From: Bacteroidales bacterium
GTDB lineage: Bacteria > Bacteroidota > Bacteroidia > Bacteroidales > UBA12077
Assembly: GCA_050179935.1 (NCBI GenBank)
Contig: JBFXEQ010000008.1
Location: 30,905-94,904, forward strand
DNA length: 64,000 nt
Direction of reading: 5' to 3'
Shown: piece after piece, positions 1 through 8,931 of the stretch
How the letters are laid out: each line of letters begins with the position of its first letter
Numbering within the stretch: position 1 is the stretch's first letter
Made by a program: the position numbers and the translations under genes
Notes under the pieces: model-generated
Database searches by the model: none
Told to the model about the DNA's origin: nothing
What the model saw: only the letters and a program-made list of their open reading frames with translations

Positions 1-125
1 AGAGTAACCATATCATCTGATTCGGATTTTTTCTGTTTATCAGAAGAACAGCTTGCAGCAAATAAAATCAGAAGTAAAATTGCCAGAAGACTTGAAACTT
101 TTTGAGGTATTTTTTTAATATTCAT
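1..125 (-). CDS. Lipoprotein, N-terminal fragment (gene continues beyond window start)
   Basis: Reverse complement from 125 reads MNIKKIPQKVSSLLAILLLILFAASCSSDKQK. This is a signal peptide with lipobox L-F-A-A-S-C. It is open to the window edge. Confidence 0.5.
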   Translation of the reverse strand, partial: MNIKKIPQKVSSLLAILLLILFAASCSSDKQKKSESDDMVT

Positions 126-340
126 AATGAACTGTTTTATTAATTGTTACCAATTTAAAACATTTTTTAGTAAAATTAACATTTTTTTTTAAAAAACAAA
201 ATATAAAATTATTAGCAATCTTTCGTTAATCAACACTTTTTAAATTAACTTAAATATTAATTTATTTTTTTTGTCCCTAATTGACCCAACTAATTTAGAA
301 AATTTAATTCTGAATTACCAATATTTATCATGTTTTATTC

Positions 341-348
341 TACTTTTG
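341..348 (+). promoter_or_regulatory. Bacteroidota-type -7 promoter box (TACTTTTG)
   Basis: Exact match to the TAnnTTTG consensus, 54 nt upstream of the ATG at 402. Confidence 0.3.
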
Positions 349-401
349 CAGTCAAGTATTTTACGGATAAGCCGAAATTGAACATAAACTGATTAGAATC
401 G

Positions 402-917
402 ATGACAAACAAAGAACTTATACGCGATCTAAATTCCAAAAATAATACAGTTATTAACAAAGCGCTTGACTTTGTTTCTGAAAATGGTAATCCTACAATA
501 ATACCAGAGCTAATAAATCTATTGGCTGAAAATAAGAATCAGGAGATTAAAGATAAAATCATATCAATTTTTGAGAACCTTCATGATCAAAACTCACTTC
601 CTTATTTGGTAACAGCTTTATCAGAAAAAAAACACATATCGATTAGAGCTATTTTGGTTGCTACTTGTTGGAAAAACAATATCAATTTTGACAATAGCAT
701 TGAACTATTTACTGATTTATTTATTGATGGTGATTTTTCAGAAGCCTTCGATGCATTTACCGTTATTGATGCTATGCAATTGGTTGCTGATGATAGTGCA
801 GCGATTTGTATAAATAAACTAAAGAATTACTACGAAAAAGCAGACGAACTTAAGAAATCAATTATTGGCGAGTTAATAAAAATAATTCAGAATCATAGAA
901 AAAACCCCGCTAAGTAA
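402..917 (+). CDS. Hypothetical alpha-helical repeat (HEAT-like) protein
   Basis: 171-aa ORF with helical repeat-like sequence (IIPELINLLAENKNQEIKDKIISIF, LPYLVTALSEKKH). Followed by a hairpin terminator. No family recognised with certainty. Confidence 0.5.
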   Translation: MTNKELIRDLNSKNNTVINKALDFVSENGNPTIIPELINLLAENKNQEIKDKIISIFENLHDQNSLPYLVTALSEKKHISIRAILVATCWKNNINFDNSIELFTDLFIDGDFSEAFDAFTVIDAMQLVADDSAAICINKLKNYYEKADELKKSIIGELIKIIQNHRKNPAK

Positions 918-928
918 GCGGGATTTTT
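906..928. terminator. Bidirectional rho-independent terminator between convergent genes
   Basis: Stem CCCGCT (906-911) / AGCGGG (917-922), loop AAGTA. Flanked by an A-run on the left and a T-run (924-928) on the right. Confidence 0.6.
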
Positions 929-930
929 GC

Positions 931-1899
931 CTATTGGATACTTGAGAAATACTTCATAAACTGCGATCGTTCATAGATTTGTGGATCTTCAATTTTACTA
1001 AAACTCATTTTACCTCTGAATTCACTTATTGATTTGTATCCATTTTTACTCATCCAGGCTTCAACCTCTTTTATCATTGTTTCCAGATAATCAATTCCAT
1101 TTTTATATAATGTTGAACAAACCTGAACCGCAGTTGCACCAGCCAATATCTGCTTAATTACAGCACTACCATCATGCACACCTGTCGATGCAGCAATATC
1201 AACTTTTGCAACAGTTGATGAAACAATACCTACCCAACGTAGCGAATATCTTAAATCTGCCGGAGAACTAAAAACATCAGCTGAAGTAAATTTCATAGTA
1301 TTAATATCAATATCGGGTGAATATAATCGATTAAACAAAACAACACCAGGTACATGAAGCTTTTGAACCAACCCAACAAGGTTTGAGAAATAAAAACTAA
1401 GTTTAAATGCAAACGGAATGGTTAGTATTTTTTTCAGTTTCTCGGCTAGTTCCAGATAAATACCTTCATATTTTTCGGATGACACATTTCGATCGATAGG
1501 CAAAACATATACATTAACCTCTAAAGCATCGGCTCCGGCAAGTTCTATCTTCTTTGCAAAATCAATCCAATCTTTTGATGTAACACAATTAATACTTGCG
1601 ATAACTGGAATTGATACAGCTGCTTTAGCTTCTTTAATTAAATCAAGGTATTCCTGAACACTATTATTTTTTAGGTAATAGTTTATATAATCAGCAGCTT
1701 CGGGATAATCGGAATGAGTACCCAGTTTTTCTGCATCCATCCTTATTTGCTCTTCGAATAACGATTTTAATACAACTGCTCCAGCACCCTTAGTCTCGAG
1801 TTTTTTAATTTTCTCGACACTATTGGTTAATCCTGAACTCCCAACTATAATTGGATTCTTTAATTTCAGTCCGAGGTAAGTGGTTTCTAGTTTGTTCAT
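931..1899 (-). CDS. Dihydroorotate dehydrogenase-like protein (TIM-barrel flavoenzyme, PyrD/PreA-like)
   Basis: 322 aa. N-terminus TTYLGLKLKNPIIVGSSGLT and later ADALEVNVY and GVHDGSAVIKQILAGATAVQVCS are typical of the DHOD-like family. Confidence 0.8.
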   Translation of the reverse strand: MNKLETTYLGLKLKNPIIVGSSGLTNSVEKIKKLETKGAGAVVLKSLFEEQIRMDAEKLGTHSDYPEAADYINYYLKNNSVQEYLDLIKEAKAAVSIPVIASINCVTSKDWIDFAKKIELAGADALEVNVYVLPIDRNVSSEKYEGIYLELAEKLKKILTIPFAFKLSFYFSNLVGLVQKLHVPGVVLFNRLYSPDIDINTMKFTSADVFSSPADLRYSLRWVGIVSSTVAKVDIAASTGVHDGSAVIKQILAGATAVQVCSTLYKNGIDYLETMIKEVEAWMSKNGYKSISEFRGKMSFSKIEDPQIYERSQFMKYFSSIQ

Positions 1900-1927
1900 A
1901 GTTACTATTTTAAATTGTTATCTTATA

Positions 1928-2590
1928 TTATCTTTCACCAAAAATTAAACTTCCAATCCGAACCATAGTTGCTCCTTCTTCAATTGCTATTTTATAATCT
2001 CCCGACATACCCATGGATATTTCTTTAAAATCTTGTTTTTGCAGAAAGTAAGTATTTTTTAACTGATTAAATATATGAACTAATTCTTTGAATTCAGCAC
2101 GAACAACCTGGGTATTTTCTGTAAAAGTAGCCATTCCCATAACACCCACAATATTAACATTTTGCAGTAATAAAAATTCCGATGAACTAAGCATCTCAGT
2201 TGCTTCAATTAAATCGAATCCAAATTTAGTTTCTTCTTTGGCAATATGAAACTGCAACAGACAATTTATAACTCGATTGTTTTTATTTGCCTCCTTGCTG
2301 ATAACCTGAAGTAATTTAAAACTATCAACACCATGAATGAGATAAACAAATGGAGTAATATATTTTACTTTATTTGTCTGCAAATGGCCAATCATATGCC
2401 ATTCAATATCTTTTGGAAGAGCACTATACTTCTCTGTAAGTTCTTGCGGTCGATTCTCTCCAAAAATTTTATATCCTGAATTGTAAATTTCTAAAATTTG
2501 TTCTATCGGTTTAGTTTTAGAAACAGCAATAAGTTTAACACTCTTAGGTATTTCACTTATTATATTTTGGAGATTCTCAGCAATACTCAT
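1928..2590 (-). CDS. yggS: YggS-family pyridoxal-phosphate homeostasis protein
   Basis: 220 aa. Contains AVSKTKP (PLP lysine), FGENRPQE, HMIGHLQTNKVKY and RIGSLIFGER, the hallmark YggS/PROSC motifs. Confidence 0.9.
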   Translation of the reverse strand: MSIAENLQNIISEIPKSVKLIAVSKTKPIEQILEIYNSGYKIFGENRPQELTEKYSALPKDIEWHMIGHLQTNKVKYITPFVYLIHGVDSFKLLQVISKEANKNNRVINCLLQFHIAKEETKFGFDLIEATEMLSSSEFLLLQNVNIVGVMGMATFTENTQVVRAEFKELVHIFNQLKNTYFLQKQDFKEISMGMSGDYKIAIEEGATMVRIGSLIFGER

Positions 2591-2697
2591 AAAATCTAAT
2601 CCTATAAATTAATTAAAACCAAAAGTACAAAAACAAAGAATCAAAAAAAATAGGGATTGAAAAATCAATCCCTATCAATTTATGTAAAAATCATTAA

Positions 2698-3945
2698 TTA
2701 AATCTTATGTATAACAAGTCCGCTTCTTAATTTTGGTTCAAACCAGGTAGTTTTTGGAGGCATGATATTTCCGCTATCAGCTATATCAATTAATTGTTTC
2801 ATTGATACAGGATATAACGCAAACGCTACTTTCATATCGCCGCTATCAACACGTTTTTTAAGTTCACCTAACCCACGAATACCACCAACAAAATCAATAC
2901 GTTTTGATGTACGTAAATCACTTATTCCTAACACTTTATCAAGCACCAGGTTTGATAAAACCGTTACATCAAGAACCCCAATTGGATCGTTATCATTATA
3001 GGTACCGGGCTTTGCATTTAGTTTATACCATTTACCACCTAAATACATACTAAACTCGTGCAATTTAGATGGTTTATAAATTTCTGAACCCATTAAAGAA
3101 AGGTCGAAAGAAACTTTTAATCGTTCAATTAATTGTTCTTCTGATAATCCATTCAGATCCTTTACTGTACGATTGTAATCAATAATATTTAACTGATTAT
3201 CAGGAAAATGAACTGCCATAAAGAAATTATATTCTTCGTTCCCTGTATGTTTTGGGTTTTTAGATTTTCTCTCTATTCCTATTCTTGCAGCAGCAGCAGT
3301 TCTATGGTGACCATCAGCTACGTATGTAAAAGGAACTTTGGTTGCAAATAAATCCTCAAGTTTTTTATTTGTTTTAAGATCATTTACTGGCCAAAAATGA
3401 TGACCAAATCCATCTTCGGCAACAAAGTCATATTCAGCTTTTTCTTTTTTGACAATATTCTCAACTATTGCATCAATCTCGGGAACAGCACGGTATGAAA
3501 AGAAAACCGGTTCTATATTTGCATTTGTATATCGAGTAAGAATCATACGGTCCTCTTCTTTATCAGGACGAGTTAATTCGTGTTTTTTAATTATTCCGTT
3601 ATGATAATCATCACAAGCAGCACAACCTACAATTCCATATTGTGTTCGGCCATTCATGGTTTGTGCATAAATATAAAATTTAGCTTCTTTATCCTCAACC
3701 AACCATCCTTTTTGTTGAAACATGTTGAAATTGTCAACAGCTTTATTATAAACAGTTTCAGAATGAACATCTGTCCCAGCAGGGCAATCTATCTCAGCTT
3801 TAGTGATATGTAATAAAGAACAATCTTTTCCTTTAGCCATTACAGCAGCCTCATCACTATTCATCACATCATAAGGCAAACATGCCAAATCTTTTGAAAT
3901 CTCCTTTGGAGGTCGTAATCCTTTAAATGGTTTTACTATTGCCAT
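2698..3945 (-). CDS. DUF1015 domain-containing protein
   Basis: 415 aa. The N-terminus MAIVKPFKGLRPP and the YVADGHHR motif are characteristic of DUF1015. It lies downstream of serA as in many Bacteroidota. Confidence 0.85.
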   Translation of the reverse strand: MAIVKPFKGLRPPKEISKDLACLPYDVMNSDEAAVMAKGKDCSLLHITKAEIDCPAGTDVHSETVYNKAVDNFNMFQQKGWLVEDKEAKFYIYAQTMNGRTQYGIVGCAACDDYHNGIIKKHELTRPDKEEDRMILTRYTNANIEPVFFSYRAVPEIDAIVENIVKKEKAEYDFVAEDGFGHHFWPVNDLKTNKKLEDLFATKVPFTYVADGHHRTAAAARIGIERKSKNPKHTGNEEYNFFMAVHFPDNQLNIIDYNRTVKDLNGLSEEQLIERLKVSFDLSLMGSEIYKPSKLHEFSMYLGGKWYKLNAKPGTYNDNDPIGVLDVTVLSNLVLDKVLGISDLRTSKRIDFVGGIRGLGELKKRVDSGDMKVAFALYPVSMKQLIDIADSGNIMPPKTTWFEPKLRSGLVIHKI

Positions 3946-3968
3946 TGTATTTAAGTTTAATGTTTTAT

Positions 3969-4087
3969 GTTAAAAGTTAAAAGTTGAAGGTTGAAAGTTA
4001 AAAGAGGAATGTAGAAAGTTAATAATCTTACTAACATTTTCTAATTTCATTTTAAGAACCTTTAACTTGTAACCTTTAACTTTGAAC
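3969..4087. repeat. ORF-less hairpin built from heptamer arrays (TTRAARG)n and their complement
   Basis: The left arm 3969-4004 (gttaaaagttaaaagttgaaggttgaaagttaaaag) is imperfectly complementary to the right arm 4057-4087 (aacctttaacttgtaacctttaactttgaac). About 52 nt of loop separates them. It occupies the whole serA-DUF1015 spacer. Confidence 0.6.
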
Positions 4088-4092
4088 TAAAT

Positions 4093-5016
4093 TTATTTAT
4101 TTACTTTAAAACGAATATCACCCTTTTCGAAGAAATCAACTATTTGTTTTGCAGCAGCAATACCTGCATTAATATTAGCTTCTTCGGTCTGAGCACCCAT
4201 TTTCTTTGGTGTAAAATAGAATCGTCCTTTGTATTTTTCTTCGAACACTGCTTTACAATCTGGCTCGATATCAGACACATACTGAAAATCTGATCTTTCT
4301 TCCATTAACTTAAGAAGTTCATCCTCGTTAATAACCTCTTTTCGGGCAGTATTAACTAATACAGCTCCTTTTGGCATTGATGAAAGAAGGGCATGATTAA
4401 TTGATTTTTTTGTTTTATCATTTGCAGGAATATGCAATGAGATATATTGGCAATTTTTATATAGTTCTTCAACTGTAGCAACTACTTTAACGCCATCTTT
4501 TTCGATATCGGCTTTATTAACAAATGGATCGAAAGCAAATACTTCCATTCCGAAACCTTTGGCAATTTTGGCAACCAATTTACCAACATTTCCATATGCA
4601 TGAATACCCAGTTTTTTCCCTGATAATTCGGTTCCTGAGCCACCATTAAATTGCTTACGTGCTTGATAAACCATCATTCCTAATGCTAATTCGGCAACTG
4701 CATTTGAGTTCTGGCCTGGAGTATTCATAGCAACTACCCCTTTTGCTGTACATGCAGCAAGGTCAATATTATCGTAACCTGCACCTGCACGAACAACAAT
4801 TTTAAGATTTTTGCCAGCTTCGATAACTTCTTTATCAGCTTTATCACTTCGGATTATAACTGCATCAACATCGGCAACAGCTTTTACAAAGTCAGATTGA
4901 GCGGTATATTTTTCTAATAAAACAAGCTGATAGCCTGCTTTTTCGACAACTTGTCTTATTCCGTCCACTGCTACTTTAGCAAATGGTTTATCGGTTGCAA
5001 CTAGTACTTTTTTCAT
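4093..5016 (-). CDS. serA: D-3-phosphoglycerate dehydrogenase / D-isomer 2-hydroxyacid dehydrogenase
   Basis: 307 aa. Contains the NAD-binding motif GIHAYGNVGKLVA, plus RAGAGYDNID and a catalytic-region HIP motif. Linked with serC. Confidence 0.85.
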   Translation of the reverse strand: MKKVLVATDKPFAKVAVDGIRQVVEKAGYQLVLLEKYTAQSDFVKAVADVDAVIIRSDKADKEVIEAGKNLKIVVRAGAGYDNIDLAACTAKGVVAMNTPGQNSNAVAELALGMMVYQARKQFNGGSGTELSGKKLGIHAYGNVGKLVAKIAKGFGMEVFAFDPFVNKADIEKDGVKVVATVEELYKNCQYISLHIPANDKTKKSINHALLSSMPKGAVLVNTARKEVINEDELLKLMEERSDFQYVSDIEPDCKAVFEEKYKGRFYFTPKKMGAQTEEANINAGIAAAKQIVDFFEKGDIRFKVNK

Positions 5017-5021
5017 GATTG

Positions 5022-5490
5022 TTAGTTTAAAGTTAAAGGTTTAAGGTTAAAGGTTATGATTAAGTTAAAAGTTAAAGACTTAATTATTAATATGCTTTTC
5101 AAGATACTTAATTAAAGAAGAAATCATTTTGGCTAATTCTGTGCACTTATCTTTGTGAATTAAAAATAAATCTTTATCAATGTAACCAAATCGATCCATT
5201 AAATAGAGCATGTTTCTTAATTCGCCCAGAGATCCTTTAGCAATGAATAAAAATTTGACAAATTGTTTATTACTTCCATATTCAAATCCTTCAGAAATAT
5301 TATTCGATACAGAAATAGCAGCTCTTTTTATTTGATCACAAAATGGGTAATCTTTTGAAACCGGGCCATTTTTTATTAAAGCATAAAAGTCGAAGGCAAG
5401 ATCGATTGATTTTTTCCAAATCTCAAGGTCTTCAAAACTTGTCGCTTTTGCCATCGACTTTTAACTTTTAACTTTTAACCTATAACCAGA
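5022..5490. repeat. Inverted heptamer-repeat arms enclosing the four-helix-bundle gene (IVS-like cassette)
   Basis: 5064-5077 (gttaaaagttaaag) is complementary to 5456-5480 (gacttttaacttttaacttttaacc), with at least 13 contiguous bp plus a 1-nt bulge. Further (GTTAAAG/GGTTAAAGG)n copies lie at 5025-5060. The arms abut the ORF stop and start. Confidence 0.6.
5080..5454 (-). CDS. Four-helix-bundle protein (23S rRNA intervening-sequence protein family)
   Basis: 124 aa. LEIWKKSIDLAF, QIKRAAISVSNNISEG and AKGSLGELRNMLYL match the TIGR02436-type four-helix-bundle family. Confidence 0.85.
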   Translation of the reverse strand: MAKATSFEDLEIWKKSIDLAFDFYALIKNGPVSKDYPFCDQIKRAAISVSNNISEGFEYGSNKQFVKFLFIAKGSLGELRNMLYLMDRFGYIDKDLFLIHKDKCTELAKMISSLIKYLEKHINN

Positions 5491-5493
5491 TTG

Positions 5494-6567
5494 TTACGCA
5501 TTTTTAGCTTCGTATTCTTTCATAGCATTCACTAATGCCTGAACATCTTCCATTGAACAAGCGTTGTAAGTAGAAGCACGGAATCCACCAACAGAACGGT
5601 GACCTTTAATTCCAATACAGTTTTTAGATTTTGCAAAAGCAATAAAATCTTCTTCTTTGTCTTTATACTGATCTTTCATAACGAATACAATATTCATACG
5701 CGAACGATCTTCTTTAACAACAGGACATACAAACATTTTACTGTTATCAATTGCACCATATAAAAGATTTGCTCTATCGCTAGCTAGTTTATCCATTGCC
5801 TTAACACCACCCAATGATTTAACCCATTTTAAAGTTTCGCGAACAGTAAAAATATTAACACAAGGAGGAGTATTGTACATTGAACCACCATCAACATGTG
5901 TTTTATATTGAAGCATCGTTGGGATTTTGCGATCAGCAACCACATTATTTAAATATTCATTTTTAATGATTACAAACGTAACACCGGCTGGGCCTAAGTT
6001 TTTCTGAGCACCACCATAAATCATCACATATTTTGAAACATCGATTGGACGACTTAAGAAATCGGATGATACATCGGCGATAAGTGGTTTACCAAAGCTA
6101 TAATCTTCGAAAATCTCAGTACCACGAATTGTATTGTTTGTAGTAATATGAACGTAATCAACATCGGCGGGGATATTATAACCTTTAGGAATGTATGTAA
6201 ACTTTTTATCTTCAGAAGAAACGACTTCAACTTCGCCCCATAATTTTGCTTCTTTTATGGCTGCTGTTGACCATGTGCCTGTATTGAGGTAAAAAGCTTT
6301 CTTTTTTAAGAAATTATAAGGGATCATACAGAATTGCATGCTTGCTCCTCCTCCTAAAAACAATACAGAATATCCTTCAGGAATATTCAACAATTCTTTC
6401 ATTAAAGCTACTGTTTCGTTTAATATAGCTTCAAAATCTTTACTACGATGTGAAACTTCGAGAATTGACTGACCAATTCCGTTAAGATCCAGAACTGCTT
6501 CTGCTGTGTTTTTTAAAGCAGGATCAGATAATTTACATGGACCAGCATTAAAAATATGTTTTCTCAT
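5494..6567 (-). CDS. serC: 3-phosphoserine aminotransferase
   Basis: 357 aa. FNAGPCKL at the N-terminus, [15 protein letters not shown], the [15 protein letters not shown]-lysine region and [10 protein letters not shown] are classical SerC motifs. Confidence 0.9.
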   Translation of the reverse strand: MRKHIFNAGPCKLSDPALKNTAEAVLDLNGIGQSILEVSHRSKDFEAILNETVALMKELLNIPEGYSVLFLGGGASMQFCMIPYNFLKKKAFYLNTGTWSTAAIKEAKLWGEVEVVSSEDKKFTYIPKGYNIPADVDYVHITTNNTIRGTEIFEDYSFGKPLIADVSSDFLSRPIDVSKYVMIYGGAQKNLGPAGVTFVIIKNEYLNNVVADRKIPTMLQYKTHVDGGSMYNTPPCVNIFTVRETLKWVKSLGGVKAMDKLASDRANLLYGAIDNSKMFVCPVVKEDRSRMNIVFVMKDQYKDKEEDFIAFAKSKNCIGIKGHRSVGGFRASTYNACSMEDVQALVNAMKEYEAKNA

Positions 6568-6619
6568 AATAATATGGTTTTAAAATTTGTTAACTATTAT
6601 TGAATTTGATTGCAAGATG

Positions 6620-6627
6620 CAAAATTA
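6620..6627 (-). promoter_or_regulatory. -7 promoter box for the serC operon (TAATTTTG on the minus strand)
   Basis: Plus strand reads CAAAATTA, the reverse complement of TAnnTTTG. It lies 53 nt upstream of the serC ATG at 6567. Confidence 0.3.
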
Positions 6628-6723
6628 TTCTTGATTAAAAATATCAAAAGATATGATGTGAAACATCTTTTAAGAAATAGTAAAGGTACACAATCTAAAA
6701 ATGATTAAAAAATCTAAATCGTT

Positions 6724-7434
6724 TTACTTTAAGATTAGGCAGTTATCAATATACATAGGAATTACATCAGTAATATCCAAGGTCAGGCAATATCTTATTA
6801 TTTCAACCATTCCAAGATTCTCCAGTCTTTTATACTGGAATGATTTTTTTAAGTAATTTTCTAAGTTGGATTTTGCAAAATTCCAATTATCCATTGAACT
6901 TGTGGCTGCATCGTTATGCAAACAAAACCTCTGCGATTTAACCAGTTTTTCGGATAAAGCCCCAGCAAAAATCATATCTTCTAAACAAAAATCACCTTCC
7001 CAACCTGAACATAATATAATAATATCTTTATCAAGTTTAATAAGGTAATTGGCTATTGCGGATATATTTAAAAATGAGGCTGTTAACACAACATCATTTT
7101 TGTTGCATAAATTAATGGTTTGAGTTCCATTGGTGGTGCTGTAAACAATGGTTTTATCTTTTATTTTTTCGGCTAAAAACTCAAAAGGAGAATTTCCAAA
7201 ATCGGCAAAATCGATTTTCTTTCCGTTACGTTCTGCAGCAACAAGAAATCCTTTTTTCTTATATTCTTTTGCAATTTCGAGGCTTTCGACTGGTATTACT
7301 TTAGATGCACCATTCATTAACATTGTACATATTATGGATGTTGCTCTGAATATATCAACAATGACAATTGCTTTGCCCTGATGATCAAATGATTTAAATA
7401 AAGATGGTACAATGCAAACTTCAATTGTATTCAT
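6724..7434 (-). CDS. 2-phosphosulfolactate phosphatase family protein (ComB-like)
   Basis: 236 aa. VDIFRATSIICTML, ERNGKKIDFADFGNSP and YSTTNGT match the ComB family. Confidence 0.75.
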   Translation of the reverse strand: MNTIEVCIVPSLFKSFDHQGKAIVIVDIFRATSIICTMLMNGASKVIPVESLEIAKEYKKKGFLVAAERNGKKIDFADFGNSPFEFLAEKIKDKTIVYSTTNGTQTINLCNKNDVVLTASFLNISAIANYLIKLDKDIIILCSGWEGDFCLEDMIFAGALSEKLVKSQRFCLHNDAATSSMDNWNFAKSNLENYLKKSFQYKRLENLGMVEIIRYCLTLDITDVIPMYIDNCLILK

Positions 7435-7462
7435 GGTTCAAATCTAATTAAACTCTTTTCAG

Positions 7463-7556
7463 TTACACAGAGTAAAAATGAATTAGAAGGAGTTTCACAG
7501 AGAATAAAAAATTTCTCTTTTTTCTCATGGGTTTCTCTTTCTTTCTCTGTGTAACA
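7463..7556. repeat. Inverted/direct copies of GTTWCACAGAG in the spacer upstream of the comB-like gene
   Basis: gttacacagag (7463-7473) and gtttcacagag (~7492-7502) lie on the plus strand. The exact reverse complement ctctgtgtaac lies at 7546-7556, preceded by a TTTCTC-rich run. Confidence 0.4.
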
Positions 7557-7633
7557 ATATTTCGGGAAACAATAATCAAATTTAGCAAAAATCAGTATGC
7601 AATAGAACTTATATTACTAAACTAATGTGAATT

Positions 7634-7659
7634 AAAAACCCCACTCAATTGAGCAGGGT
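7634..7659 (-). terminator. Rho-independent terminator downstream of gcvT
   Basis: Minus strand reads ACCCTGCTCAATTGAGTGGGGTTTTT. This gives an 8-bp stem (two G-U pairs), a 4-nt loop and a T-run. Confidence 0.5.
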
Positions 7660-7678
7660 CATAATTTAGAATCATTTT

Positions 7679-8785
7679 TTATTTTTTCTCATGAAAAGGT
7701 GGACGGGTAACTACAGCTTTAAGTTTTTTATCGCGAATACCGATAAAAATTTCAGTTCCTTCTTTCCAGAATCCTTTTTTAAGATAAGCCATTCCAACGC
7801 CTTGTTTTAAGATTGGGGACATGGTTCCTGAAGTAATTTCGCCTATTTCATTATCCTGAGCATCATAAACTTTGTAATGCTGACGAGGAATACCTCTATC
7901 AATCATGATGAATCCTTTTAAACGATCACCTGAATTTTCGTTTTTAATTTTCTCCCACTTTTCACGATCAATAAAATCATTTCCGTCAACAAATTTGGTA
8001 ATCCAACCTAAACCAGCTTCAATAGCAGATGTTTGGTCGTTAATATCGTTACCATATAAACAAAAACCTGATTCAAGTCGTAAAGTATCGCGAGCGCCTA
8101 AACCAATTGGTTTAATTCCGAATTCAGCACCAGCTTCAAAAACTGCTTTCCATAGTTTATCGGCATCTTTATTATCGATATAGATTTCGCAACCTCCTGA
8201 ACCTGTATAACCAGTAGTTGAGAAAAGTACATCTTTAATTCCGGCAAAGTCGCAAACCTGGAATGTATAATATTCCATATCAACAACATTTGCTTTAGTA
8301 AGCTTTTGCATAGCTTTTAAAGCAAGCGGTCCTTGAATTGCAAGTTGGGCTGTTTTATCAGATGCATTAACAACATCTTTGCCAACCTCAAGTCCCATTT
8401 CTTTTGCATGCTTTGTAACCCACGCCCAGTCTTTATCAATATTAGCAGCATTCACAACTAATAAATATTTCTGGTCATCAAATTTGTAAACTAACAGGTC
8501 GTCAACAATACCACCTTTTCCGTTAGGAAAACATGAATACTGAACTTTACCATTAAATAATTCAGCTACATTATTCGAAGTAACTTTCTGCACCAAAGCG
8601 AACGCTTTTGGACCAGTGATCCAGAATTCGCCCATATGTGAAACATCAAAAACACCAACTTTTTCGCGAACAGTCATGTGTTCGTCGTTTATTCCACTAT
8701 ATTCAATTGGCATATTGTAACCTGCAAATTCATGCATTTTTGCTCCCAGTTCAATATGATACTTTGTAAATGCTGTACTTTTCAT
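7679..8785 (-). CDS. gcvT: Glycine cleavage system aminomethyltransferase T
   Basis: 368 aa. [33 protein letters not shown] and [11 protein letters not shown] are canonical GcvT motifs. Confidence 0.9.
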   Translation of the reverse strand: MKSTAFTKYHIELGAKMHEFAGYNMPIEYSGINDEHMTVREKVGVFDVSHMGEFWITGPKAFALVQKVTSNNVAELFNGKVQYSCFPNGKGGIVDDLLVYKFDDQKYLLVVNAANIDKDWAWVTKHAKEMGLEVGKDVVNASDKTAQLAIQGPLALKAMQKLTKANVVDMEYYTFQVCDFAGIKDVLFSTTGYTGSGGCEIYIDNKDADKLWKAVFEAGAEFGIKPIGLGARDTLRLESGFCLYGNDINDQTSAIEAGLGWITKFVDGNDFIDREKWEKIKNENSGDRLKGFIMIDRGIPRQHYKVYDAQDNEIGEITSGTMSPILKQGVGMAYLKKGFWKEGTEIFIGIRDKKLKAVVTRPPFHEKK

Positions 8786-8820
8786 TATATGATAATTTAG
8801 AAGATTTTATAAATGTGCCA

Positions 8821-8828
8821 CAAAGCTA
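8821..8828 (-). promoter_or_regulatory. -7 promoter box for gcvT (TAGCTTTG on the minus strand)
   Basis: Plus strand reads CAAAGCTA, the reverse complement of TAnnTTTG. It lies 36 nt upstream of the ATG at 8785. Confidence 0.35.
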
Positions 8829-8931
8829 CTATTTTTTAAAAATAAAAATTATGTTTTACATACAATAATTATTAAATGAAAGGGCAACATTTTAAGTTAC
8901 CCTTTGATATTATTAAGATTGCAAATAAGCT

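Noticed and set aside
6724-7434. Functional link between the ComB-like 2-phosphosulfolactate phosphatase and the cluster sulfotransferase (sulfur-lipid chemistry).
   Set aside because: The genes are 18 kb apart and separated by unrelated housekeeping operons and terminators. ComB-like proteins are widespread in bacteria without sulfonate pathways. The sequence gives no evidence of a connection.
7439-7446. CAAATCTA (TAGATTTG on the minus strand) as the promoter box of the comB-like gene.
   Set aside because: It lies only 5 nt upstream of the ATG at 7434. That is too close for the usual Bacteroidota -7 box to start-codon geometry, unless the mRNA is leaderless. It is not reported as a feature.
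8786-8931. Possible glycine riboswitch in the gcvT leader.
   Set aside because: The 146-bp spacer is extremely AT-rich. It contains no GGAGAG/CACCG-type conserved cores or paired aptamer helices. A plain TAGCTTTG promoter box sits 36 nt from the ATG, leaving too little leader for a tandem aptamer.
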